From assembly GCA_951406725.2 (NCBI GenBank), contig OX597819.1, positions 133,300,001 through 133,364,000 on the forward strand: a stretch of DNA of 64,000 nucleotides. The letters are read 5' to 3'. This DNA comes from Octopus vulgaris. Its lineage: Eukaryota. The translations under genes and the position numbers were made by a program. Positions 13,946 through 27,695 of this stretch are shown one piece after another. Below the pieces are notes generated by a model, which was not told the DNA's origin, did not search any database, and saw nothing but the letters and a program-made list of their open reading frames with translations. Position 1 is the first letter of the stretch. The number at the start of each line of letters is the position of its first letter.

Positions 13946-14145
13946 GCTAACTAACTAGCCATTTATCTATCTATCGACTGTGCTTCCTTCTTACTTTCTT
14001 TCTTTCTTTCCCTCCTTCCCTCTTTCTCTCATTTCTTCCTTCTTTCTTTATGTAAACATGTATATATATGTAACGTATACATATGTATTTATATACATAA
14101 AAACATACCTATCTATTTACACACACACGCACGCACACACACACG

Positions 14146-14181
<36 letters not shown>

Positions 14182-14638
14182 ATATGATACATGCAATACA
14201 ACACATTCACCTACACGCATACGTTTCTTTCTAAGTGCGCACACGAGGTTTACTGTCTGCATTATGTAATTTATAATATAAAAAGATTTCTTTTCTAAAC
14301 GTAGCTGAACCAATTTGTAAAGAATATCTTACAACTAATTTAGAACCAATATTTTATTTGTATTCATATTCAGGTGAATGGAATGCAGAATCACAAATAC
14401 ATAATTTAATGTAAGAGCAGAGTAAGATATCGAAGGAGAGGAATGACTTATCTTAGCAACCGCAGCCATGTTTAGTGTTAAATACATAGTGTCTGACAAC
14501 CTTTATTTACTTGATTATCTGCAGACATACAGACACACAGGCACACGCTCATACACGCTCATACACAGGCACACGCTCATACCCCCACGCACATACACAC
14601 ACAAATATATATACGTACATTCATACATACATATATAT

Positions 14639-14669
<31 letters not shown>

Positions 14670-14692
14670 CACATATATATACGTATGTATAT

Positions 14693-14726
<34 letters not shown>

Positions 14727-14739
14727 ATATATATATATT

Positions 14740-14799
<60 letters not shown>

Positions 14800-15222
14800 A
14801 TATGTATATATATATTATGTATGTATATATATGTATATATACGTATATAAAAATATGTATATGTATGTATATATAAACACACACACACACACTCAAACGC
14901 GTACACTTATATATGTATGCATAAACATATACAGACATCTTGGTATACAGGTGTACATAAAGTGTGTGTATACTTTACTGTATTAGATTAGTTTTCCCAG
15001 TCATTGAGACATCGCCGTATTTAATTCAGTGTTTTCCCCTGCAACTGATTACTTGGACGTTGAGAGGGGGGAGAAGGACTACAAACCGGTGTGACATGGC
15101 GAGCGAGAAAGAATTTAATACCAAAAGATATTTCTGTTCGATACACCACGCATTTGACTCCCATATATACACACGCGTGATTATATAAGCACGCATTCGA
15201 TGAGGTACCGCACAAACAGAGC

Positions 15223-15294
<72 letters not shown>

Positions 15295-15452
15295 CATACA
15301 TACATACATAATTAAATACGCACGTGCGTGCATCACTGTGTGTAAGACGGGAAAAGTTGTAACATGCAGGTTCGATTCCCGTGGGAGTTACTGCAACATT
15401 ATTTCCGTTTTCTGACACTCACACACCTGTGTATATATATGTGTGTGTGTTT

Positions 15453-15489
<37 letters not shown>

Positions 15490-15717
15490 TTTTACTTTTA
15501 CCTTCAGTTGTTTCTGTCGTTAGCCTGCGGCCATGCTGGGGCACTGGCTTGGAAGAATCTTTGTTGAAGGAATCGGACCCAGTACCTTGTTTTCGAGTGT
15601 TGCACTTACTCCATCGAGTCTTTTTCCGAACCGCTAATTTACGGGAACATAAAGTCACCAACACCGGTTGTGAATTGGAGATGTGAAACAAACACGGAGA
15701 AACACATATTTCATCCA

Positions 15718-16048
<331 letters not shown>

Positions 16049-16961
16049 ATATATATATATATATACACATACTTACACATACATATGAGTTAGAGCTTAA
16101 ACAACCATCCGAGGGATAATAAATATCCAGTATACTACTGGATTGATACCTATTTATATCCAAATGCTTATTGTTGCAAGGCAATAGTACAATTGAATGA
16201 TAGGTATAAGTGGAAGTAAACAAAAGTTTACCCAGAATTTATAAAGAACAGAAGAAAACGGAGATCTTCTTCTTTGCCCTATATATTTATATATATATAT
16301 CTTTTAATTTGTGGTAACGTTAATTATATGCAAATAAAGCTCCTATTTCATTATGCCGTCTACCATTTAATAATACTGATGAATGAGTCAGATTTTCGGG
16401 GTTGCATCATGCTTATGCCAGTATAATGTGGGATAAATGCAATAACAATAATACCAAGATGGAATTTGTAAATCTTTAAGACATTGCTGTGCACATTTCC
16501 AGAGATCAGATGATTTTGACATCAAAGTCCATATCCTTGGGATGAGTACAATATAGTCCATATTATCCGTGGGCGTCTGGTTGATCATCATCATCGATTC
16601 ATTTCATCAGCTGATGCTGCATTATTGGATGAAGCACAAAGGGATGTTTATCCCTTCTTGCCAGTATGAAGGTCAATCTAGCTTTGTGGGTATTTCTGTG
16701 TGTACTCGGTAGGGGGAAGTAGGTGATGGGAGTAGAGGAAGGAAGGATAGCAATATGGGGGCGGATGTGTGTGTGGTGGTGTTGCACTTATTTGCTATTC
16801 AATCTGCAGATTTTAAGGATGGTCATTCATTCAGAAGATCTAAGGATGGTTGTAGATTCCTTTGTTCTATTTCATTCAAGACATGAGTCTCTTCAATAAA
16901 CCCTGAACCCAACAGGTGGTCAGCCGCTATACAGAGGGCTTTGTTGACCGAATGGATTAAT

Positions 16962-17195
16962 ACCTATTTCTTTATTGCCCACAAGGGGTTAAACACAGAG
17001 GGGACAAACAAGGACAGACATAGGTATTAAGTCGATTACATCGACCCCAGTGCCTAACTGGTACTTAATTTATCGACCACGAAAGGATGAAAGGCAAAGT
17101 CGACCTCGGCGGAATTTGAACTCACAACGTAACGCAGACGAAATACCGCCCAGCATTTCGCCCGGCGTGCTAACGTTTCTGCCAGCTCGCCGCCT
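16962..17195 (-). mobile_element. Same SINE family as 15821-16048
   Basis: Reverse complement of head, core and tail; further fragments at about 18945-19070, 26410-26535 and 34705-34868. Confidence 0.85.
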
Positions 17196-17369
17196 TAAAG
17201 ATACCCCTCCTCCTCTTATACTGACGTTTTTGCTGTTTCTGTTCTTATAGTGTGTATCATCTTAAGCATTGGTCTTTTCGTTTTTTTTTTTCTTCTTGGT
17301 TTGGCCTCCTTCACTGTTTTCTAATTTGTTATTTCGTTTCAAAATATTTTTTCCAATTTCTATAAAACT

Positions 17370-17800
17370 ATTTTCTTCCTCTGCTTCCGCTGGATATGAC
17401 CATCTCAGAATGTCTATTCATCCCATTTTCCCTGGATGTGATTATGTCCCGGGTTTCTTCAAGGCGTATGATGCATTCACTTGAAGTCCCGTTATATGGT
17501 GCAGCATTTTCTTTTATATAATGGACCAGTGGGTTGTATATTCTACTCCATTCTGTTTTAGTCTCCAGATGAGGTTCGACAAGTATGTGGAAAAACGATT
17601 AAAGCTGGTTTCTCAGACGATTTTTCATGGAGTCTGCGAAACTACCAAAGTACACACATTTCGGCGCATTCACCTTCATCTCACATTTGTACACTACATT
17701 CCTTATGCAGTTGTTATTAAAACTGCATTCGTTTTTACGTCTGCAGTTACACACGATACAATATGTTTCCCTTTTTCTGTGGAGTTACGATTGGTGGTCA
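17370..17800 (-). mobile_element. Decayed PLE endonuclease remnant (CNC-linker GIY-YIG type)
   Basis: Manual minus-strand translation gives CNCRRKNECSFNNNCIRNVVYKC..VYFGS..KNRLRNQL*SF and later AAPYNG..MNRHSEM. Confidence 0.6.
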
Positions 17801-19124
17801 TCTTTCTTCTCTGTTTGTCGAGTGCTCAGCCACTTGCATGTTAATGTCACTAGCAAAGTGTTCCATTGATCAGATCAACTAGAACCTTCGTCGTCGTAAC
17901 TGACGTAGTGCCAGTTATAGTATAACAGAGAAGCGTTAATGCAATTAATTGTGTTGTTAAATTCCATCCATATAGCAGAAAGAAACAACAATAAATTATA
18001 GCGTTTAAACCTCGCAAAACTTTAAATTTCCTGTATATAAACATATACATGAGACATACACACACACATGTACATACACACAGTACAAACCTACACACAC
18101 GCTTATACTGTCATACATAAAAAAACAACATTTAGAAATATTGTTTTTAACAGAGCCTATGATGTAATATTTAATTTAATCTTCCTCACCGTGAAGAGAT
18201 GCCCATTCGGTACCATTGTGTAGATCGGCGCTCAGTTGAATGATGTGTAATCACTGCCGATAGTATTGGCGATGTTGGTTCAATGTGGTTGGATGAACAT
18301 CGCCATGTTTTAACGTCTCCAGATTCAAAGCATCTGACGTCACCTCGTGTCTCAGCATGGCGATAGCGATCAACAAAGACTACTCTGTGTCGAGTCGTAA
18401 TCAGAGTGGTGTAGCAGGCATAGAATTTAATCACGGTTTTGGTTAGATTAAGGGAGCGAAAATAAATTTCTCTTTTCAATAAAACGCATTTACTCAATAC
18501 TTAAACATGTCCTGCGTCCGCGCACCGTTACGGACTGGCCAGTGGCAAACTGCTACAAATGAAATATCACCCGCAAAAGCCTGTCCCATTTGTGAAATGA
18601 CAATCAGTTCGGTAAAGAAATAATGATATTGTCATTTATCTAGATATTTATGCTCATAGTCACAAAAAGGAAAGTCCCACGATGTTTTTCATTTCTTTAG
18701 AAAACTAAAGTCTCTGACCATCAGGTGAAAGCTTGCAATAAGCCATTTCTTTTAGAACATGTTAGCAATGTGAAGTTCTTCTAATGATTCACAATAGTAT
18801 TAATTGCATGGGACCAATTGCTCTAAAGTCATAATTACATGTATTAACGATACTATTAATAAGACATTATCGTGCTACAAAAGTACTAATTAATAATAAT
18901 CAAAATTAAAATAATAATAATAATAATAATCAAAATTAATAATCTTTTCTACGAAAGACACAAAGGCTGAAATTTAGAAAGAGGAGACAAGGTGATTGTA
19001 TTGAGTCCAGTACATGACTGGTACCTAATTTAATGACCCCGAAAAGATGAAAGGTAACGTCGGCGGAAAATTAATGATAAGCCAAATATCACACGGATCA
19101 TCTCAGTCCTATTCTCCCACTCTC

Positions 19125-19206
<82 letters not shown>

Positions 19207-19208
<2 letters not shown>

Positions 19209-21617
19209 TGTATGCCAGACTTGTTTGGAGACGTCTTGGCAGTGGTATACTGCAACTGACAGCAAAACGGGAGCATATCCGGTTTTGTGAGTCGAGGAGC
19301 TGTAACACTGCTGAAGAAAGATCCAAACAAGGGGAACATTATAGATAACTTTAGACCAATCACTCTGCTCAATGCAGACCTGAAAATTTTGACAAAGGTG
19401 TTAGCCAAGAGGTTGGCACTTGTCATCGAGAAACTGGTCGAGAACGCACAAACGTGCGCTGTGCCGGGCCGGAGCATCCATGACAACCTCCATCTGATGC
19501 GCTACATCATAGACAGGGTAGTTAACGAACCTGGCATGGGTGGGGCCCTGATCAACTTGAATCAATCGAAAGCCTTCGATAGGGTAGACCATCGATACTT
19601 GGAGGCAGTCCTGAGAGCGGCTGGTTTCGGTCCCGTCTTCCACGACTGGATAGCTGCCTTGTACAGAGGCATCCGTTTGGTAATTCGCGTAAATGGACAT
19701 CTATCGAGACCTTTCGACATTGCACGTTCGGTCCGTCAGGGATGCCCCCTCTCGGCGCTTCTATACGTATTGACTCTTGAGCCACTACTGCGGAAGCTGG
19801 CGACTCTGAGGGGCATCCCGCGATAATTGGGATGCGGGACGAGCGTGTCTGCATACGCGGACGACGTCACCGTCATAGTGTCAAGCCACGAGCACATTGG
19901 GCGGGTCGGTGAGACACTGAAAGACTACGAAGCGGTGACAGGAGCGAAAATCAACCGGGAAAAGTCAGTGGGATTGCAGCTCGGCACCTGGAGAAGCAAG
20001 CCCATGCCGTCCACCAGTACCTCCGTCGTGGGACGCTGGACAGACGGCCCGGTTGAGTTGCTCGGGGTCTGGTTCGGTCCGGACCTCCAAATGGAGAAGA
20101 ACTGGAACGAGATAACGAGTAGAGTGGTCACTCTCGCCCAGCAATGGGCCGAGAGGAAACTGTCCCTAAAAGGTCGGGCGGAGGTGGCGAACTCGTACAT
20201 CGCGTCCATCATCTACTACCGCCTGACCGTCGTACCTTGTCCCGACCCTACCATCACCAAACTAGAACGCATTCTCTTCCGCTTCTTGTGGAAAGGATGC
20301 GTCCCGATGGTCAGGCGATCCATTTGCTGTCAACACCCGTTAAAAGGAGAGCTAGGGATGCCGTGGTTGATGATGCACAGACACGCGCTGAGACTGCGAC
20401 ATCTCCGGCTCTATGTAGACGACGGTGAACAGGTGTGGTCGCCGTTTGTGAGGCACGCATTCCCGCAACTCGTCTCCATGACCGAACTGCAGTCGTGGAT
20501 CAAAAAGAGGCCGAGGAAGGGCGAATGGCACCGCGAGTGTCGCGTTGCTCTCAAGCAACTCTGCCGTCCCGGGTCGACCTTGACTGACTTCAACACAACC
20601 AAAGCATTCTATAGGGGATTAGTGGAGGGGAGGTACGACGACGATCTCGAGGCAAACCTGGGCGTCGACGAGGAATACCTGACCCGCCTGTTTCAAACGA
20701 CTTTCGGTCCGGGACCTATGGACAACTTCCAGAGATCCCTGGCCTGGCGGTGCTACCGAGAAGCGCTACCCGTTCGGGATAAGCTCTATAGGCATGGCTC
20801 GAGAAACACGGGGCCGACCTGCCCGAGATGCGGGCAGAGCGACGAAACCGCTCTGCACGCATCGTGCAGTGTCCACCAATTTCCGACCTGTGGGCTTATG
20901 TCGAACGACTGCTGTCACGTGTGGGACGTGTCGGTTTATCAGCCGAGTCTATCGTTAATATCGTCACGCCTCCTTCCTTCAAACGGGAAGGAAGAGCTAT
21001 TTTTATCATAATTGTGGCTATGGCGAAATAATGTATCTGGTGGACGCGCCTGAAACGATTAGAGACAAACACTTTCCTCTCTGGTCAATCTCTCATCAAC
21101 TTCTTCAAGTATCACTTGAAGAGTAAAGTGAGAGTAGAGAGGCAAGTTTTGTCTAGTGAATGTTTTAAAAAAAGATGGGTGAATGTAGCAAGGATGGCAC
21201 GTATGAATGACGAAGCCACCTTGACTATGATTCTATGAGCCGTAAAAATTAATACAGAGAGTTGCTTATTTGGAAAAAAAAGAAAAAGAAATATAACATG
21301 TGACTTCATTGACCGAGGTTACCGTGGTCTTTTTCGTAGGCTTTTCCTTCTACGGGTAAACCTCACCTGTCCTCCCCTTTACACTTCATTTTGACATTTC
21401 TGTGATTACGATCCCTATTGATCAACTTTTTTTTCCTCTCCCCTTTTTTCCCTTTCCTCCCCTTTTTTAAAAATCCTCCCCGTTTTTTGTCCTCTTTCTT
21501 TCCTTTTACGATCCCTTTTGATCGAAAACCAACCCCCTTTTTTTACCCCCAAAAGAAAAGCTCTACCTTGTAATTTGTTCTGTCTGTGTGCAGCCCTGTG
21601 TGGCTAATAAAGAAACA
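19207..21617 (+). mobile_element. Tx1/L1-clade LINE, 5'-truncated, inserted in (CTAT)n
   Basis: NFRPITLLNADLKIL, QSKAFDRVDH, SVRQGCPLS, YADD, CPRC..ET..H knuckle; pyrimidine-rich 3' UTR; AATAAAGAAA end; (CTAT)n on both sides. Confidence 0.9.
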
Positions 21618-21681
<64 letters not shown>

Positions 21682-22105
21682 GATCGATCGATCGATCTAT
21701 CTATCTATCTATCTATCTATCTCTCTGTCTGTCTGTCTGTCTGTCTGTATGTATGTCTGTCTATCTGTCTGTGGTCAACTTCTTTGTTACTATCTTTCTG
21801 TTTGTCTCTGTATTTATACATAAAAATGAATTAAACATAATGCTAATGCTAATTCGTAATAATGCTTCTCATTATCATTATTGTTGTCGTTGTTGTTGTA
21901 TAAGCCTAATATGTCAATATACTTGTAGTAACGATAAAAATAAGTCGCAATCTTGAAGAGCGTAACATTTTCCGCATAAAATATCGGAACTAAGAACTCG
22001 ATAAAAACTTAAATAACCTCCCGTTTAGAGAAATAGTATAACGGTGTATAAGGGAAGGCAAGATGTAAAGAAAGATGAGGATTAAACCATGTCAAGGTAT
22101 TAAAT

Positions 22106-22220
22106 ATATGCGAGGGGGTGCTGAAAAGTTCCTGGAACTGCGTAAAAGAAAACAGAGGAGGAGGATCAGTTAATTATGATTTTATTCAACACATTCCCTT
22201 CTCAGATTCCCACACTTATT
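22106..22220 (+). mobile_element. mariner-like terminal fragment
   Basis: TATGCGAGGGGGTGCTGAAAAGTTCC resembles a mariner TIR; no partner TIR seen. Confidence 0.4.
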
Positions 22221-22896
22221 GCGGCTCTTCCCCACAGGCCTTTCGCGATACCCTTCAAACCAGCTACTCTTCAGCAAACCCTCGTTTTCTCCAGACACAG
22301 ACTCGTATTTCTAGAAGACTAAGCAGTGCATTAACTCGCATGAAGCATCCGTCAATTTACTGCGAAGAGAGAAAATGCCTGAACGGAAATCATTGTTTTA
22401 ATACATCAGCTGTAATAGTTCGAAAATTGCAACGGGAAGTACGGCGAAGACGGCGAAATGTTTATTACAGTAATTTCCTGTAAAACATTTGTGCAAAGAT
22501 CTCTAACAACAGAAATCAACATTAAAAAGCAATTTCAAATTAACAAACAAGTTCATTATACTAATAATAAAAATACATATAGCGAAAATATAAGGAAAAT
22601 AAATTTTAATAGGAAATTGTTTATGAAAATGAAAACAATTCGTTTTTAGAGGAACAATGACATATAATGGCCGCGAAAATATAGAATGCCACACATGGTT
22701 TGTTGTGTGTTAAGACATTAGCTTCCCAATGGCGTGGCTCTAGGTTTAGACCCACCGCTGGGAACCTCGGTCAAGTGTATAAAAAACACTTTTCAGGAAT
22801 AATAGTGGTTTATTGGAGAGGAAGGCTTGGGAATTTTTCCGTACATATACACATATATATATATTAGAAGGTTTGGAGATGATGTACAGGTATTTT

Positions 22897-23086
22897 ATAT
22901 TAGAAGAAATGAGGTACTCAGAAATTCGGCTGGCTTTATATTTACAGATATTTATTTGTATATTACATGTTTTTATACATCATATAACATATATCATATA
23001 TGATGTATAAAAACATGTAATATACAAATAAATATCTGTAAATATAAAGCCATCCGAATTTCTGAGTACCTCATTTCTTCTAATAT
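22897..23086. repeat. Near-perfect palindrome (arms of about 90 bp), probably a PLE tail pair
   Basis: ATATTAGAAGAAATGAGGTACTCAGAAATTCGG.. / ..CCGAATTTCTGAGTACCTCATTTCTTCTAATAT. Confidence 0.85.
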
Positions 23087-23109
23087 ATATATATATATTA
23101 TTTATATTA

Positions 23110-23740
23110 TTATATGATTGAACGCCACGCATCCATCTCCAAGTAAGTTTCTCTTTATAATTTTGATGCGACCCTGTCTAGTACTGTTTTTCTCACCCTC
23201 CCCTCTTTTGTTTTCTCTGTCTTCCTTTCTCTAATTCTTTTTTCTCCCTTTTACCGTTTTCTATCTGTCCCTCTCTCTCCCTCTTCCTCCTTTACTCTCT
23301 CCTTGCTCACACGTGACCATCGTCCATCTTTCTTTTCCCTACGTGATCATCTTTCTTCTCTTTCGGTCTGTCACAGACCAGACGCATTCTTGTCTGTCTC
23401 CTCTCCTATCTTTTCTCCTGCCAAAGATTGTTCCTCCAGCGTTCGCCACCTTACCGCGTATGACTTAGTGGCACTCACTGTTTGTTTTCACTGTCCTGTT
23501 TAAGTTACCAACTTTGACACTTCGTATATCCCAAATTTATTTTGTTTTCTCGAAGGCGCATATTATCGTGAATTGCTGGAAATGTGGAGCAGATAAACAG
23601 CTGACAACTGATGAAGGGTCCTTCTTTATGTTACTTGCCTTGTTTTCCACTTCTTTCGTTCGTTGTTCGCATGCAAAAGTTTTTCTTCGTATTTCATGTT
23701 TTCGTATTTCGTATTTCATGCTCTTTACGTATTATATATA
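23110..23740 (+). mobile_element. Dispersed repeat, probably PLE terminal-repeat derived; related to 40350-40620 and 41620-42110
   Basis: Shared blocks ACGCATTCTTGTCTGTCTC, CTCCAGCGTTC, TTTTCACTGTCCTGTTT and a GAAA(C/T)GT.GAG...CTGANGAAGGG layout. Confidence 0.45.
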
Positions 23741-24281
23741 TATAACAAAGTAGAGTTGTGGGGTACCGCACGAGTGGAATTATATACGAAAGAAGGTTTG
23801 AAAATGCAATTTAAAAGATGTTTATTTACTTTACCGGTTTCACTCTTTGGAAAAAGATTGCCAAAAGTAACATGTAGAAGTTTGGTTGCGTTAATTATTG
23901 GTTGTTGCAAATTGCTACATTACATATATACAGTCTTTGGTAACAGGGACATGTTAAGGACATAAAAAAGTTCAACAAGTTCCTTAAAATATTGGGCACA
24001 AAAGATTACTACATAAATAATCGTTCTCAAGGACATGCTTAAGATAGTCTCCAGAAAGAATTGATATTGGTATTGGTATTGTATCTGTATATTCAAACAT
24101 GCACAGAATATTGGTCGACACAGAGTACTATAATCCATATAAATATACATTCTTTGGTGACAAGAGTATGTTGAGAATATAAAAAAGTTTTACAAGCTCA
24201 TTGAAATAATGGGCACAAAAGATTACAACAAATATATTATACATCTCAAGATAATTTCCAGGAGGAATTATTAAAATAGGA

Positions 24282-24351
<70 letters not shown>

Positions 24352-24399
24352 GAAGGAGTAAGTTTTCGAATCTATATTCATATAGATATTATCATTATT

Positions 24400-24996
<597 letters not shown>

Positions 24997-26207
24997 CATT
25001 ATTATTATTATTAGCAGTAAATATATAAATAATTAATAATAACAACAAAAATTATATCGATGACCGGCAAGCAATAAAGCCGTTATATGGCTAATCAGTA
25101 AAAGTTTCTAATAAAAATAACTGTATATATATGTATCTATGCATGTACGTATGTATGTATGTATGTATGTATGTATGTATGTATGTATGTATGTATGTAT
25201 GTATGTATGTATGTATGTATGTATGTATGTATGTGTGTGTATGTATATCATTGTTCAATTATATTTTAAGATTTCTCGTCAATAGAGGAAGAGCCGGTTT
25301 CTCGTCTAGATCCAAGGCTCCTTCATTGGAATTTCAACATCAACAACAAGGTATTTTTGTATGTATGTATGTGTAGATATGTATAACTATAGGTGTGTTT
25401 GTGCATGCATTTGTGTTGGTCCTCCTCCACCACTTGAAACCCGACATTGTTTCGTTCACGTCCCCGTTACCTAGCGGTTCGGCAAAAGGCCGATATAATG
25501 CGTACGATGCTTAACAAATACATACTGGGATTAATTTCTTCAACAAAATCCTGCAAGGTAGTACTCCAGAATGGCCACAGAACAGTGAATGAAACAAGTA
25601 AAAAAGTATAAGATAAAAGACCTGTATGCTTCTATTAAATCCTTTTGCTCAATCTGAAGCTCTATTTATGCTACCAGCAGTTATAATTATGTCTTCGATT
25701 TTTACTTCAATTTCCGCTGTCCATTTCCATATTTCCTTGTCTTCATGTGTGTGTGCGTGTGTGTCTGTGTGTGTGCGTGTGTGTCGGTGTGTGTGTGCGT
25801 GCGTGTGTGTGTGCCCAGATATATATAGAACTTAACAGCGTAAATACGGTAAAATTTGAAGAGATAGTGACGTCTGCGACAGTATTTTCCTAATAAAAAG
25901 ACTGTCAACATAGGATTTTTTGCTGAACTAAATTGAACACTAAAACCGATGCGAAACCAACTCACTGAAATGAGTTATGTAGTAATAACAGAAATAAATA
26001 TCACACAAATATAACGAGGGCAATTTTTGTAAAAAGTATGGAGCTCACCGAACATGAAATGAATTCTTCTTCTTCTGTGGAGGTATTATTATGAAATAAA
26101 ATGGTGAATGGAAAGTAAAGCTATTCAAAAAGCAAGTTCTGTCTAAGTTATGTCTTGCTTATGTAATTAAACCTAGACCTATATGAAATATATTTTCTTA
26201 GTGTCTT

Positions 26208-26259
<52 letters not shown>

Positions 26260-26283
26260 GACACACACATATATATATATATA

Positions 26284-26380
<97 letters not shown>

Positions 26381-27650
26381 GTCTTTCTAAATCTCACAAC
26401 GGTAAAATATTGATGGATGGCGGAATTGTTAGGGCGTTAAACAATCTATTCTTGCCAGCATTTCTTCTGACGGTTTATGTTCTGATTTCAAATCCCTTCA
26501 TAGTCAACTTTGTCTTTAACTCTCCTGGTATCGATAATATATATATATATAATGAAGCTGCACCAGGTCCTATGTCTGTTATCTTTTCATTATTTTCAAA
26601 TTCCACATTTGCTTTTCTTTCATATCTATTATGACTCCCCCACAGAACATTCGTATTTATCCATTTCTTCACACTCTTAATACACTTACCCGTGCTCGCT
26701 CACATTCACAATCACTTTTAAAGACACACCCTTGTTTTTGGAGTTGGCTACACACTCAAAATTCAACCTTTGTATTCCATTTCTAAAACCCCTTCTTAGC
26801 CACACCGTAACCCATCCCTCTTCCACAAACGTTTCCTTAGATATTCTTCTCCTCTTTCTTTCTCCACCCCCACCATTCCTTCTCTACATTTTCATTCCTT
26901 TACTGCTTCACATCTGCCCTGTTGTTCTTTCAAGCGCACTTTTCCATTCCTTCCTCTTTCTTTTATTTTATTCAAACTTCCCCACTTCGTTCTTCTTTCA
27001 CTGGTCAATGTCCAGTTCACTTTCAACTTCTCCCTCTCCCCTCCCCATCTCTCTCTCTCCCCTCTTTTTTGTCTTCTTCTTCCTCTTATCTACTTTTATA
27101 TGTCTATTTCTGTGTGTCTGTGTGTCCACATAGGTCCGTTTGTGTCTGTCTGCGTGTGGGTGTCTGTGCTTATTTAAACATTCGTGTGTCTTTTAAAGTA
27201 ACTCTACTCAAGTTACAGATTATCCTACATACATTAAGTAAATACAAATATTGTGATCTTTCATGTAGACAATGGTTGTTCAAAGAAATTATACGTTCAG
27301 ATCTAACGTTTCAAACTAATACAACTTGTCAGAAGAGAATTGACAGAGAAGCAAAAGGTTGCGTCAGAGACGTCATACTTTCATGATGAATATCCTTCTA
27401 AAATATCATGGAAACTTTAAAAACTGTGTGACCAGTAAACTTTCATCTAAACATTCTTCCGCAACAATCATCAAATTCCGCTTCTTTCAGTTGTCCTTCT
27501 TTTTCCTTATATAATAATTATCTAACAAATTGTAGTCCGTACAAAAAGACATTTGCTGACGATTGATATAAATAATAATTAACTTGTCTAAGTTTAATCC
27601 CGTCTCTGCTTGTTGATATATATGCATATATGTGTATGTGTGTGTATATG

Positions 27651-27695
<45 letters not shown>

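Noticed and set aside
15340-15395. tRNA gene (GGTTCGATTCCC B-box)
   Set aside because: No A-box or cloverleaf can be built; probably SINE debris
25260-25355. Hammerhead-like motif on the minus strand (ATGAAGG..GAAACCGG)
   Set aside because: Core and stems are too degenerate to call
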